From: Clostridia bacterium | GTDB lineage: Bacteria > Bacillota > Clostridia > Oscillospirales > CAG-272 | NCBI GenBank assembly: GCA_017443595.1 | Contig: JAFSYU010000020.1 | Location: forward strand, 1 to 64,000 | DNA length: 64,000 nucleotides | Direction of reading: 5' to 3' | In this document: positions 23,122 through 30,062 of the stretch, in pieces | Layout: each line of letters begins with the position of its first letter | Numbering within the stretch: the first letter of the stretch is position 1 | The notes under the pieces: generated by a model | What the model saw: the letters and a program-made list of their open reading frames with translations, nothing else | Database searches by the model: none | What the model was told of the DNA's origin: nothing | Translations under genes and position numbers: made by a program

Positions 23122-24760
23122 GTCCGGTCTTCATAGCGAACGGGTTGAAGTCTACGGCGTTGTCACGCAGATGAAGCACTGCAGTGCCGTCATTTTCGAT
23201 ACACAGCGTAAGCTGTATATACTCGTCACCCTTTTTACGGAATGCGTTGTCTATTATTGCCTGACATACTTCCTCAACACATAAGGTAATATAATATACC
23301 TTCTTAGGATCAGCATCGTTTTCTTCACAGAAGCCTTCGGCTTTGCTCAAAAGATCGGAGATATCCGAGGAATTGGCGTCAAGCAGATATGAGAAGACCG
23401 CGTCTGTTTCTTTTCGCTTTTTGATATGGCAAACGGGGACCCAGATCGCAAGTGTTCCAAGCTCCGCCGCCAAAAAAACGAACCAGAACCATTTAATTCC
23501 AAACGATGAGAATATTACCGCAAATCCGGCAAAGCAGACGAAGGTGCGAAGCTGATTTATCAAAAATACTATTTTTTCTCTGCCTATAGTTTGAAAGCAC
23601 GAGCTCCACGTAATGCTCAATCCGGCGGGTATAACCGACAGACAGAACAGCCGCACGGCGAACGCTCCGTCGGTTACGGCATCGCCCGTAAGTCCGAACA
23701 GCGCGCAGACAGACGGCGCAAATACCGCGAAAAGCACGGATATTACCCCGCCGCATATCACACCGATACCGATGGCGAGAATCATTACGCGTTTGATCGC
23801 ATCCTTATTGTGTTCCGCATAAAACGTTCCGGACAGAGGCTGAGCCGTATCACCGAGAGCCAGATATAAAGCCAGCGCAAAATATGAAACGTTTTGAACG
23901 ACGTTCATCTGCGCCAAAGCGCTCTCGCCTCCGAGACGCAGTAATATATTATTTACGATAAGAAGCGCGGCAAACTGACCGATATAGCCGAAGGAAGAAG
24001 ACATTCCCGTTTTAAGCACGCTGAATATCAGCTTTATATCGGGTTTTGAGAATTTGAAGCGCAGTATCGCCCATTTGCGCGTAAAGTGCATTGAAAAAAT
24101 AACGATACCTATCGCTTTTCCTAATACCGTCGCGATTATCGCACCGCGCACGTCAAGCTTGAAAACGAGTATCAGGACAGCGCTTGCGGCGACGTCTGAC
24201 AGATATCCTGTCAGATATCCCGCGCTTGCGAGCTTTTCGTTATCGTCACAGCGTATGCAGTAATATAATAAAAAATATACGAAGGTCAGAGGCGCTCCCC
24301 AGAACATGATCTGCAGATAATCTTTTGTATAATTCCACAACTCCGTGCCCTCGGTCCCGGCGCCGAGCCCTTTAAGTATATACGGCATAAACAATGAGCC
24401 GAGCACGGCTATCATGACGCTGATAATCAAAGCAACTATAAGCATCTGTGAGAAGACTTTGATCCCGTCCTTCGCCCTACCCTTGCCTATCGCTCTCGTA
24501 TAATGCACGGAAGCACCGATGGCTATCCCGATGTCAAGAACGTTGAATATCATATAGACCGGCGCGACAAGCGACATTGTAGCAAGTCCCGTTTTTCCTA
24601 TGCGGATACCGATGAAGAGGGCGTCGGCAATATCTCCGAGTGCAAGTCCGAGCGACGAAAGAAGCGTCGGCCAAAGCAGCCGCCGGAACATACTGTCGGT
24701 AAACGATTTACTATTTATTCCATTTAATGCGGTATCGCTCATATCGCTCTTCCTTCCCAT
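23003..24760 (-). CDS. MATE/MOP-superfamily membrane protein fused to a C-terminal HATPase_c (anti-sigma-kinase-like) domain
   Basis: 585 aa, probably starting at M7 (24742) with ATGA coupling to the upstream gene. About 12 transmembrane helices of MATE type are followed by ITLCVEEVCQAIIDNAF…IQLTLCIENDGTAVLHLRDNAVDFNPF, a GHKL-like segment. Confidence 0.5.
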   Translation of the reverse strand: MGRKSDMSDTALNGINSKSFTDSMFRRLLWPTLLSSLGLALGDIADALFIGIRIGKTGLATMSLVAPVYMIFNVLDIGIAIGASVHYTRAIGKGRAKDGIKVFSQMLIVALIISVMIAVLGSLFMPYILKGLGAGTEGTELWNYTKDYLQIMFWGAPLTFVYFLLYYCIRCDDNEKLASAGYLTGYLSDVAASAVLILVFKLDVRGAIIATVLGKAIGIVIFSMHFTRKWAILRFKFSKPDIKLIFSVLKTGMSSSFGYIGQFAALLIVNNILLRLGGESALAQMNVVQNVSYFALALYLALGDTAQPLSGTFYAEHNKDAIKRVMILAIGIGVICGGVISVLFAVFAPSVCALFGLTGDAVTDGAFAVRLFCLSVIPAGLSITWSSCFQTIGREKIVFLINQLRTFVCFAGFAVIFSSFGIKWFWFVFLAAELGTLAIWVPVCHIKKRKETDAVFSYLLDANSSDISDLLSKAEGFCEENDADPKKVYYITLCVEEVCQAIIDNAFRKKGDEYIQLTLCIENDGTAVLHLRDNAVDFNPFAMKTGRDYEDEESLAALGIQMVKAKSKRFFYRRYAGFNTLTVEV

Positions 24761-25626
24761 ATGCGGATAAGTTCTTTAGGTCTGCGCAGCAGTTTGTGCG
24801 TTCGTAACCCCGGCAGTCCCATATCTTCCTCCGAATCAACGGTTTTGACTTCATCAGGCAAAAAGCGGTACAGTTCCCGTTTTATAAAACAGTCGCACGA
24901 CCTGTTTAAAACCTTGCAAAAACTGACGTCAAATATCTCGGGTATAACAAAAACACCTGCTGCGTACGCAACGTCTTTGTCATCCGCTTTGAAGAGTGCG
25001 CCCCACAGCTGCAGCTGTGAAAAATGACACAGCGCTTTTTCGGCGGCTGCGGTATCGGCAAGATCGTCGCCCGAGCGTCCTTCCGTCCATTTGCGGTTGA
25101 TGATACGCGCCCGATCAACGTTTTCATCGCATAACGGTTCCACAGACCATGATAAAGCCATGGAACGTCCGAGATTTACCTGATGACGCAAATTTTTGAA
25201 TTCTTTTCCGGCAAGCGCGATCTGTTCGTCTTTATCGTACAAATACGGATAATCGTCACGACAGGCGGTAAATCTGAACCTGCCGGAATAGACACGCTCC
25301 AAAAACAACATGTCCTCGTCGGTCACAAAAGAAAAGACCGGTGAACATTTTGTCAAAAGCGTGTCGATCAGCTGTTTTTTTCCGGTTTCCGTGCCGCACG
25401 GAAAAAGATACACATCTTCACCGCGTACACCGTGCCTGATAAGGAAAGCATCGTCAGATATGTATATTTCATAACCCTCGTGCTCTTGCCATACAAACAG
25501 AGAAGCAAACGTGTAAACGTACATAGTGCTGCGCGATTTTTTACGGATAAACTCTATCTTTTCCATTTGAGAAAACGTAATAGGCGTAAACCGGATCGGC
25601 GTATGGTTACCGAGATTTAATGGCAT
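24739..25626 (-). CDS. DUF2156 (LPG-synthase C-terminal / MprF-like aminoacyl-tRNA transferase fold) domain protein
   Basis: 295 aa. The assignment is by similarity to the DUF2156 family of standalone GNAT-fold aminoacyl-tRNA-dependent transferases. It is moderate-confidence and from memory. Confidence 0.4.
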   Translation of the reverse strand: MPLNLGNHTPIRFTPITFSQMEKIEFIRKKSRSTMYVYTFASLFVWQEHEGYEIYISDDAFLIRHGVRGEDVYLFPCGTETGKKQLIDTLLTKCSPVFSFVTDEDMLFLERVYSGRFRFTACRDDYPYLYDKDEQIALAGKEFKNLRHQVNLGRSMALSWSVEPLCDENVDRARIINRKWTEGRSGDDLADTAAAEKALCHFSQLQLWGALFKADDKDVAYAAGVFVIPEIFDVSFCKVLNRSCDCFIKRELYRFLPDEVKTVDSEEDMGLPGLRTHKLLRRPKELIRIWEGRAI

Positions 25627-25682
25627 AATTTAATTCTCTAAACTTAACAAAGATGATTGGCGTGTTCACAGAGACAAAAACA

Positions 25683-25979
25683 TCATTCAATACTTAAAAT
25701 ATCGACAAATCCCGTAACGTCAAAGATCTCCATGATCTCGGGTTTTACGTTCGTTATCTTCATCTCTCCCTGCTTGTTCATCACCTTCTGTGCGGCAAGA
25801 AGCACGCGCAGTCCGGCGGAAGATATGTAATCGAGTTTTTCAAAATCAAACGTGAGCCCGCTTATACCGTTGACAGATGTGCGAAGCTCTGCTTCAAGCT
25901 GCGGAGAAGTTGTGGTGTCAAGACGTCCTTCAAGTACGATCGTAAGTTTATCTCCGTTCTGATTTTTGGTGATAGTCAT
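25683..25979 (-). CDS. STAS-domain anti-sigma-factor antagonist (SpoIIAA/RsbV-like)
   Basis: 98 aa, with the signature LDYISSAGLRVLL and a conserved phospho-Ser context. Confidence 0.8.
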   Translation of the reverse strand: MTITKNQNGDKLTIVLEGRLDTTTSPQLEAELRTSVNGISGLTFDFEKLDYISSAGLRVLLAAQKVMNKQGEMKITNVKPEIMEIFDVTGFVDILSIE

Positions 25980-26019
25980 TTTATGTACGTATCCTTTCGG
26001 TTATTGTATTATTGTTTAA

Positions 26020-26087
26020 ACTCTGTCTGCAACGCAGACAGCTCCCTCGGCGAGGGAGCGCTGCTATGCCTCTTTTTTTGTGAGGCG
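26020..26087. terminator. Cluster of three hairpins between the precursor-peptide genes and the STAS gene, probably a partial terminator or attenuator
   Basis: CTGTCTGC-aac-GCAGACAG, CTCCCTCG-GCGAGGGAG and GCCTC-tttttttgt-GAGGC. Confidence 0.45.
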
Positions 26088-26107
26088 GAAAAAGCTGTGT
26101 AAGAAAA

Positions 26108-26335
26108 TTATTTTAAGGTTTTTAAGTTGAATGCGGTTTCGGTTTCTTTTTTCTTTTTCAGCTGTGATCCGGTCATTTCATTGATACTGCTGGTATCCTC
26201 GTTGCTCTCGGTTGACGCGTCCTCGTATCCCAGGGTTACGCCTTTCTTTGAGTTAACCATCGCGCGGCCTCCCGCCACTTCGTTCAACAGGTCGTCGCTC
26301 AGTTCTGCATTTTTAAGATCTTTTTTGTCAGGCAT
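26108..26335 (-). CDS. Double-glycine-leader precursor peptide (paralog 1) with a hydrophilic Ser/Thr/Asp/Glu/Lys-rich core
   Basis: 75 aa. The leader MPDKKDLKNAELSDDLLNEVAGG fits the LSxxELxxVxGG double-glycine motif. A strong ribosome-binding site is present. The 52-aa core contains no Cys. Confidence 0.6.
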   Translation of the reverse strand: MPDKKDLKNAELSDDLLNEVAGGRAMVNSKKGVTLGYEDASTESNEDTSSINEMTGSQLKKKKETETAFNLKTLK

Positions 26336-26372
26336 TGTATTTTCCTCTTTTCTTTTTATTTTTTATTTTAAA

Positions 26373-26600
26373 TTATTTCAGGATCCTAACGTGTAACACG
26401 TTTTCGGTTTCTTTTTTCTTTTTCAGCTGTGATCCGGTCGCTTCATTGATACTGCCGGTATCCTCGCTGCTCTCGGTCGACGCGTCCTCGTATCCCAGGG
26501 TTACGCCTTTCTTTGAGTTCACGGTCGCGCGGCCTCCCGCCGCTCCGTTCAACTGATCGTCGCTCAGTTCTTTTGATCTGTTTTTTTTCTCATCATCCAT
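26373..26600 (-). CDS. Double-glycine-leader precursor peptide (paralog 2, a tandem duplicate)
   Basis: 75 aa. The leader is ELSDDQLNGAAGG, and the core is 80-90% identical to paralog 1. The duplication is visible at the DNA level. Confidence 0.6.
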   Translation of the reverse strand: MDDEKKNRSKELSDDQLNGAAGGRATVNSKKGVTLGYEDASTESSEDTGSINEATGSQLKKKKETENVLHVRILK

Positions 26601-26675
26601 ATCTTTTTTCCTTTCTTATACAGCAGGCTTGAATAGCCGTACAGTCGTTTTATCCCGGTATGTATACGCAATACG

Positions 26676-26984
26676 TCACAGCAGCGGAATGATGCCGTTA
26701 TCTTTCATTTCTTTAAGACAATCCCGGCAATAGCCGTATTCAAGTTCCGAGGAATATTTCTCGGCGTCACAGCGTTTGCATCTTAATATGGCGTCTTTAA
26801 CCTGACGGTGATATCCGCCGCTGATCTTATCAAGCGCCTCTGCCGGCAGTTCGACGCCTTCCTCGTCTGCAAACCTGATAAACTCTTCTTTGGTCTTACA
26901 TTCTTTTGCCTTTTTCTTCTGCTCGTCGGTAAGGGAATCCAGAACACCCTTGAGGGCTTCATTCAGCTTATCGTCCATGATCAC
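26676..26984 (-). CDS. Nif11-type (N11P) leader-peptide precursor with a CxxC-x16-CxxC core
   Basis: 102 aa. The leader MIMDDKLNEALKGVLDSLTDEQ…EEFIRFADEEGVELPAEALDKISGG resembles the Nif11 leader family and ends in GG. The 45-aa core is YHRQVKDAILRCKRCDAEKYSSELEYGYCRDCLKEMKDNGIIPLL. A strong GAGGAG ribosome-binding site is present. Confidence 0.55.
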   Translation of the reverse strand: MIMDDKLNEALKGVLDSLTDEQKKKAKECKTKEEFIRFADEEGVELPAEALDKISGGYHRQVKDAILRCKRCDAEKYSSELEYGYCRDCLKEMKDNGIIPLL

Positions 26985-27051
26985 TTTCTCCTCATAATTT
27001 TCTTAATTTAATTATGTCCGGCGCGGCGCGGGGCGGCTGCTGTATTTCATC

Positions 27052-27531
27052 TTATCCGAGCGCCGTACGCAGAGCGGACAACGCTTTATTGTGCCGTATT
27101 TTTACCATTCCGTAACTGATACCGAGCGTCTCAGCGATCTCTGTCAGCGGCATACGGTCGTAGTAATGAAGAACTATAACGTCTGTAAGCTCATCCGGCA
27201 GGTCCTCAAGCGCCCCGGCAAGCTCACGAAGCATCTCGGCGTTTGTGACCTCGTCTTCGGGTGAGCTGTCGCCCGGCACGTCCTCCGGGATCTCTTCCGT
27301 AGGACGCGCTCTGCGGCAGTAATCTATAACGGTGTTTTTAGTGATCGTATATATCCACGTTCCGACCGACGCTTTTGACGGATCGTAGTCGTCCGCGCAG
27401 CTGAACGCTTTTACAAAAACGTCTTCGCAAAGATCTTCAACGTCACTTTCGTTATAGATACGGGAACGTATGTAGGACGTTACCTTCCCGCGATATTCGG
27501 TATACAACCGTTCTTTTTCATCCGCCGTCAT
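27052..27531 (-). CDS. ECF-type sigma-70 family RNA polymerase sigma factor
   Basis: 159 aa. Region 2 (DLCEDVFVKAF…TWIYTITKNTVIDYCRR) and region 4 (LTEIAETLGISYGMVKIRHNKALSALR) are both recognisable. Confidence 0.8.
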   Translation of the reverse strand: MTADEKERLYTEYRGKVTSYIRSRIYNESDVEDLCEDVFVKAFSCADDYDPSKASVGTWIYTITKNTVIDYCRRARPTEEIPEDVPGDSSPEDEVTNAEMLRELAGALEDLPDELTDVIVLHYYDRMPLTEIAETLGISYGMVKIRHNKALSALRTALG

Positions 27532-27734
27532 ACCGGGGATCCTCCCGGCATTTTTTTCTTTCCGGCTATTTCAGATATCTGTTGAACACCTGCCGCGGAG
27601 ACCGAGTCAAGCTCGTCGTCTGTAAGCTCGCGCTCTTCAACGCGGCGGTGAACGCCGTCTATCACCTTCTGCAGCCGGAGATCGTTTTCAAAGTGCTGAT
27701 AATCAAAGAGGTTTTGTAATTTTGTTTTTGTCAC
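27528..27734 (-). CDS. Small hypothetical protein translationally coupled to the ECF sigma gene
   Basis: 68 aa with a GTG start and a GGAGG ribosome-binding site. Its stop overlaps the sigma-factor start. It carries a leader-like ELTDDELDSVSAAG segment. Confidence 0.4.
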   Translation of the reverse strand: MTKTKLQNLFDYQHFENDLRLQKVIDGVHRRVEERELTDDELDSVSAAGVQQISEIAGKKKMPGGSPV

Positions 27735-27800
27735 TCTTGATCCTCCTTTGCCGCTTTGTCTTACGCCTGTTTATACGCAGAAAAATTCGTTATGGCAGTG

Positions 27801-27866
27801 TTTTTTTCAAATTTTTTTGATTTTTTTCGGATTTTTTCGTTTTTTTCAGTTTTTTTCGTCTTTTTG
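27801..27866. promoter_or_regulatory. Array of seven helically phased T/A-tracts, predicted intrinsically curved DNA, upstream of the sigma/peptide transcription unit
   Basis: T5-7 tracts begin at 27801, 27812, 27821, 27832, 27841, 27851 and 27861, a period of about 10 bp. The array overlaps the last codons of the ABC gene. Confidence 0.5.
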
Positions 27867-30050
27867 AACCGTATCGAGTCTCTGACGCGCTACAAGTTCC
27901 GCAAAGAAGCCTTCCTTTGCTATAAGATCGTCATACGTTCCGTCCTCAACTATTTTGCCGTGATCGAGCACGATTATGCGGTCGCACTGGCGTATAGTTG
28001 AAAGGCGGTGCGCTATGACTATACGCGTGCATTTCATCCTGTCAAGCGCGTCTGAGACCTGCTTCTGAGTTATATTGTCAAGAGCGCTCGTCGCCTCGTC
28101 AAACATAAGTATCCTCGGTTTTGGGGCAACTGCGCGAGCGATAAAGAGCCTCTGCCGCTGTCCGCCGGATATACCGCCCTGTCCCTCTGAGATAAGCGTG
28201 TTCATCCCCATGGGCATAGCGCGTATATCGTCAGCCATACCGGCTATCTCCGCCGCCTCCCACGCGTCGTCAAGCGTCAGCCACGGCGCGGAGATCGTGA
28301 TATTGGAGAAAATATCTCCGGTAAACAGTTTTCCGCTCTGCATTACCGCACCGATCTTACGGCGCAGTGATTTTAAATCGAGCTTTTTGATATCGTGTCC
28401 GTCGTAATACACGGCTCCCTTCTGCGGTGTTTCAAAGCCGAGCATTATCCTCATAAGCGTTGACTTGCCGCAGCCTGTCTTTCCGACTATGGCAACGTAC
28501 TGGCCGGGACGGATCTTCAAAGACAGATCGTCGATGACCGGCGGCATATCGTCGGTATAACGGAAAGTTATATTATTCAGCTCTATCCCTCCGGAAAGAC
28601 GCGTGACCACCTGTTTGTCAAGCGAGATCTCAGGCTCCGCCTCCATTATCGGCTTTGCCATTTCAAGCGCCGGTTTTATCTGCGCAAGTCCCGTTGCGAT
28701 ACCGGCGAGCGCGATAAACGCGCTGTTGACCATACCGTAAGCTGAGTTGAACGCGTAATACTCCGCTACCGAGACGTTTGTCTTTACCGCGATGAAAAAC
28801 ATTGCTATGGTGCCGACAAGCGAAACGGCGAGAGTAATGACGGATGAGATCTTCAGAAACAGCGGCGGATCGTAAAGGAGCTTTGCGTCCTTTGCGTACA
28901 TTTTGCCCCATTTGGCAAACGCTCTCTGCTCCGCGCCCGAAAGCTTTATTTTCTGTATACCGGATATAAGCTGATAACTCATACCCAATTCCTTGCTTTC
29001 GTGCTCCATGCTCTGACGCGTTATCTTCATCTGTATGAAGATCCTGATAACGGTGATCAAAAGCGTTGCAAAAGTGACTATGAGCGCGGGCGCGACGAGC
29101 GCGGGCGCGTATTTGAATATCTGGAAAATATATACTATGGAGAATACCGACGCCATTCCCGTAGTCAGAAACATACTTGCTATCTGGCTGCAAAGTCCGT
29201 TTATGTAACCGGCGCGGTTAGAAAGCTCACCGGCGCTGTAATCCTTGAAGAAATCCGGCGGCAGCGAAAGGATCCGCATCATGGTCGCCGCTTCTACCGA
29301 AAGATTCAGCTTTGTTCCTATGCGCGACGTCAGAAGCGCGCGGACGGACGTAAAGAGAAGAATGCTCAGCGACGCGCTTATCATAAATACAGCCGTGCCG
29401 ATAAGCGCCGAAGCGCTGCCCGACGTTATAACGTACGAAAACAGATAATTGTTGAGCCGCGGTATCAGCATACCTATGCCGGTCACCGCAAGCATTGCAA
29501 GTATAAGCGGAATGATATCCGAAAACGATATCTGCTGGATTATATATTTAAGTAAGCTTCCGACCGTCATTTTTGAGATCGGGAACGGTTTATAGAAAGC
29601 TATTGCTTCCTTTTCTATAATATCCTGATTTTTGCGGTTGATCCGCACCGTTTTTCCGAGCTTCCTGTCATAAAAGCTGTAGCCGTTCAGTCCGGTGGGT
29701 ATCAGAGCGACGACGCTGCCGTCGTCCCGGCGCGTGCCAAGCATCGCTCCTATCGCGTCGCGGTACCAGCCCTTTTCAAGTTCTACGGAGCGGCGCATGA
29801 ATCCCGCGGGACGCAGCAGATATTCAAGCACCTCGTTCATATCAGTGATCGCATCCGGCACTTCCTGCGCTGCAACGTGATAATATTTTAAAATATCTCC
29901 TATCGCGTCAGCCGTGATCTGTCTGTCGTCATTGAGCGATTTGCTCATCCGGCGGCCCATAACGGCGTCCGCCATCTGCTCAAACGACTCTTCAAACACC
30001 GCCTGATCCGCGTCTTTTCTTTTGCGTATCTGTTCATCAAACCAGCCCAT
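27846..30050 (-). CDS. NHLM-type bacteriocin ABC transporter, ATP-binding/permease subunit, with a degenerate non-catalytic N-terminal domain
   Basis: 734 aa. An N-terminal domain of about 160 aa lacking the catalytic Cys is followed by a six-helix permease and an ABC ATPase with Walker A GKTGCGKST and signature LSGGQRQR. Confidence 0.7.
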   Translation of the reverse strand: MGWFDEQIRKRKDADQAVFEESFEQMADAVMGRRMSKSLNDDRQITADAIGDILKYYHVAAQEVPDAITDMNEVLEYLLRPAGFMRRSVELEKGWYRDAIGAMLGTRRDDGSVVALIPTGLNGYSFYDRKLGKTVRINRKNQDIIEKEAIAFYKPFPISKMTVGSLLKYIIQQISFSDIIPLILAMLAVTGIGMLIPRLNNYLFSYVITSGSASALIGTAVFMISASLSILLFTSVRALLTSRIGTKLNLSVEAATMMRILSLPPDFFKDYSAGELSNRAGYINGLCSQIASMFLTTGMASVFSIVYIFQIFKYAPALVAPALIVTFATLLITVIRIFIQMKITRQSMEHESKELGMSYQLISGIQKIKLSGAEQRAFAKWGKMYAKDAKLLYDPPLFLKISSVITLAVSLVGTIAMFFIAVKTNVSVAEYYAFNSAYGMVNSAFIALAGIATGLAQIKPALEMAKPIMEAEPEISLDKQVVTRLSGGIELNNITFRYTDDMPPVIDDLSLKIRPGQYVAIVGKTGCGKSTLMRIMLGFETPQKGAVYYDGHDIKKLDLKSLRRKIGAVMQSGKLFTGDIFSNITISAPWLTLDDAWEAAEIAGMADDIRAMPMGMNTLISEGQGGISGGQRQRLFIARAVAPKPRILMFDEATSALDNITQKQVSDALDRMKCTRIVIAHRLSTIRQCDRIIVLDHGKIVEDGTYDDLIAKEGFFAELVARQRLDTVQKDEKN

Positions 30051-30062
30051 TACGTCACCCCC

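Noticed and set aside
26676-26984. The Nif11-leader peptide as a zinc-binding (ZAS) anti-sigma factor for the adjacent ECF sigma
   Set aside because: The ZAS motif requires H-x3-C-x2-C. Here the His is nine residues before the first Cys, the Cys pairs are C-terminal, and the N-terminal part matches a GG-terminated leader rather than an anti-sigma domain.
27801-27866. The T-tract periodic array as a CRISPR-like or minisatellite repeat
   Set aside because: The units are only 9-11 bp with no spacers. The array is consistent with phased A-tract curved DNA rather than a CRISPR.
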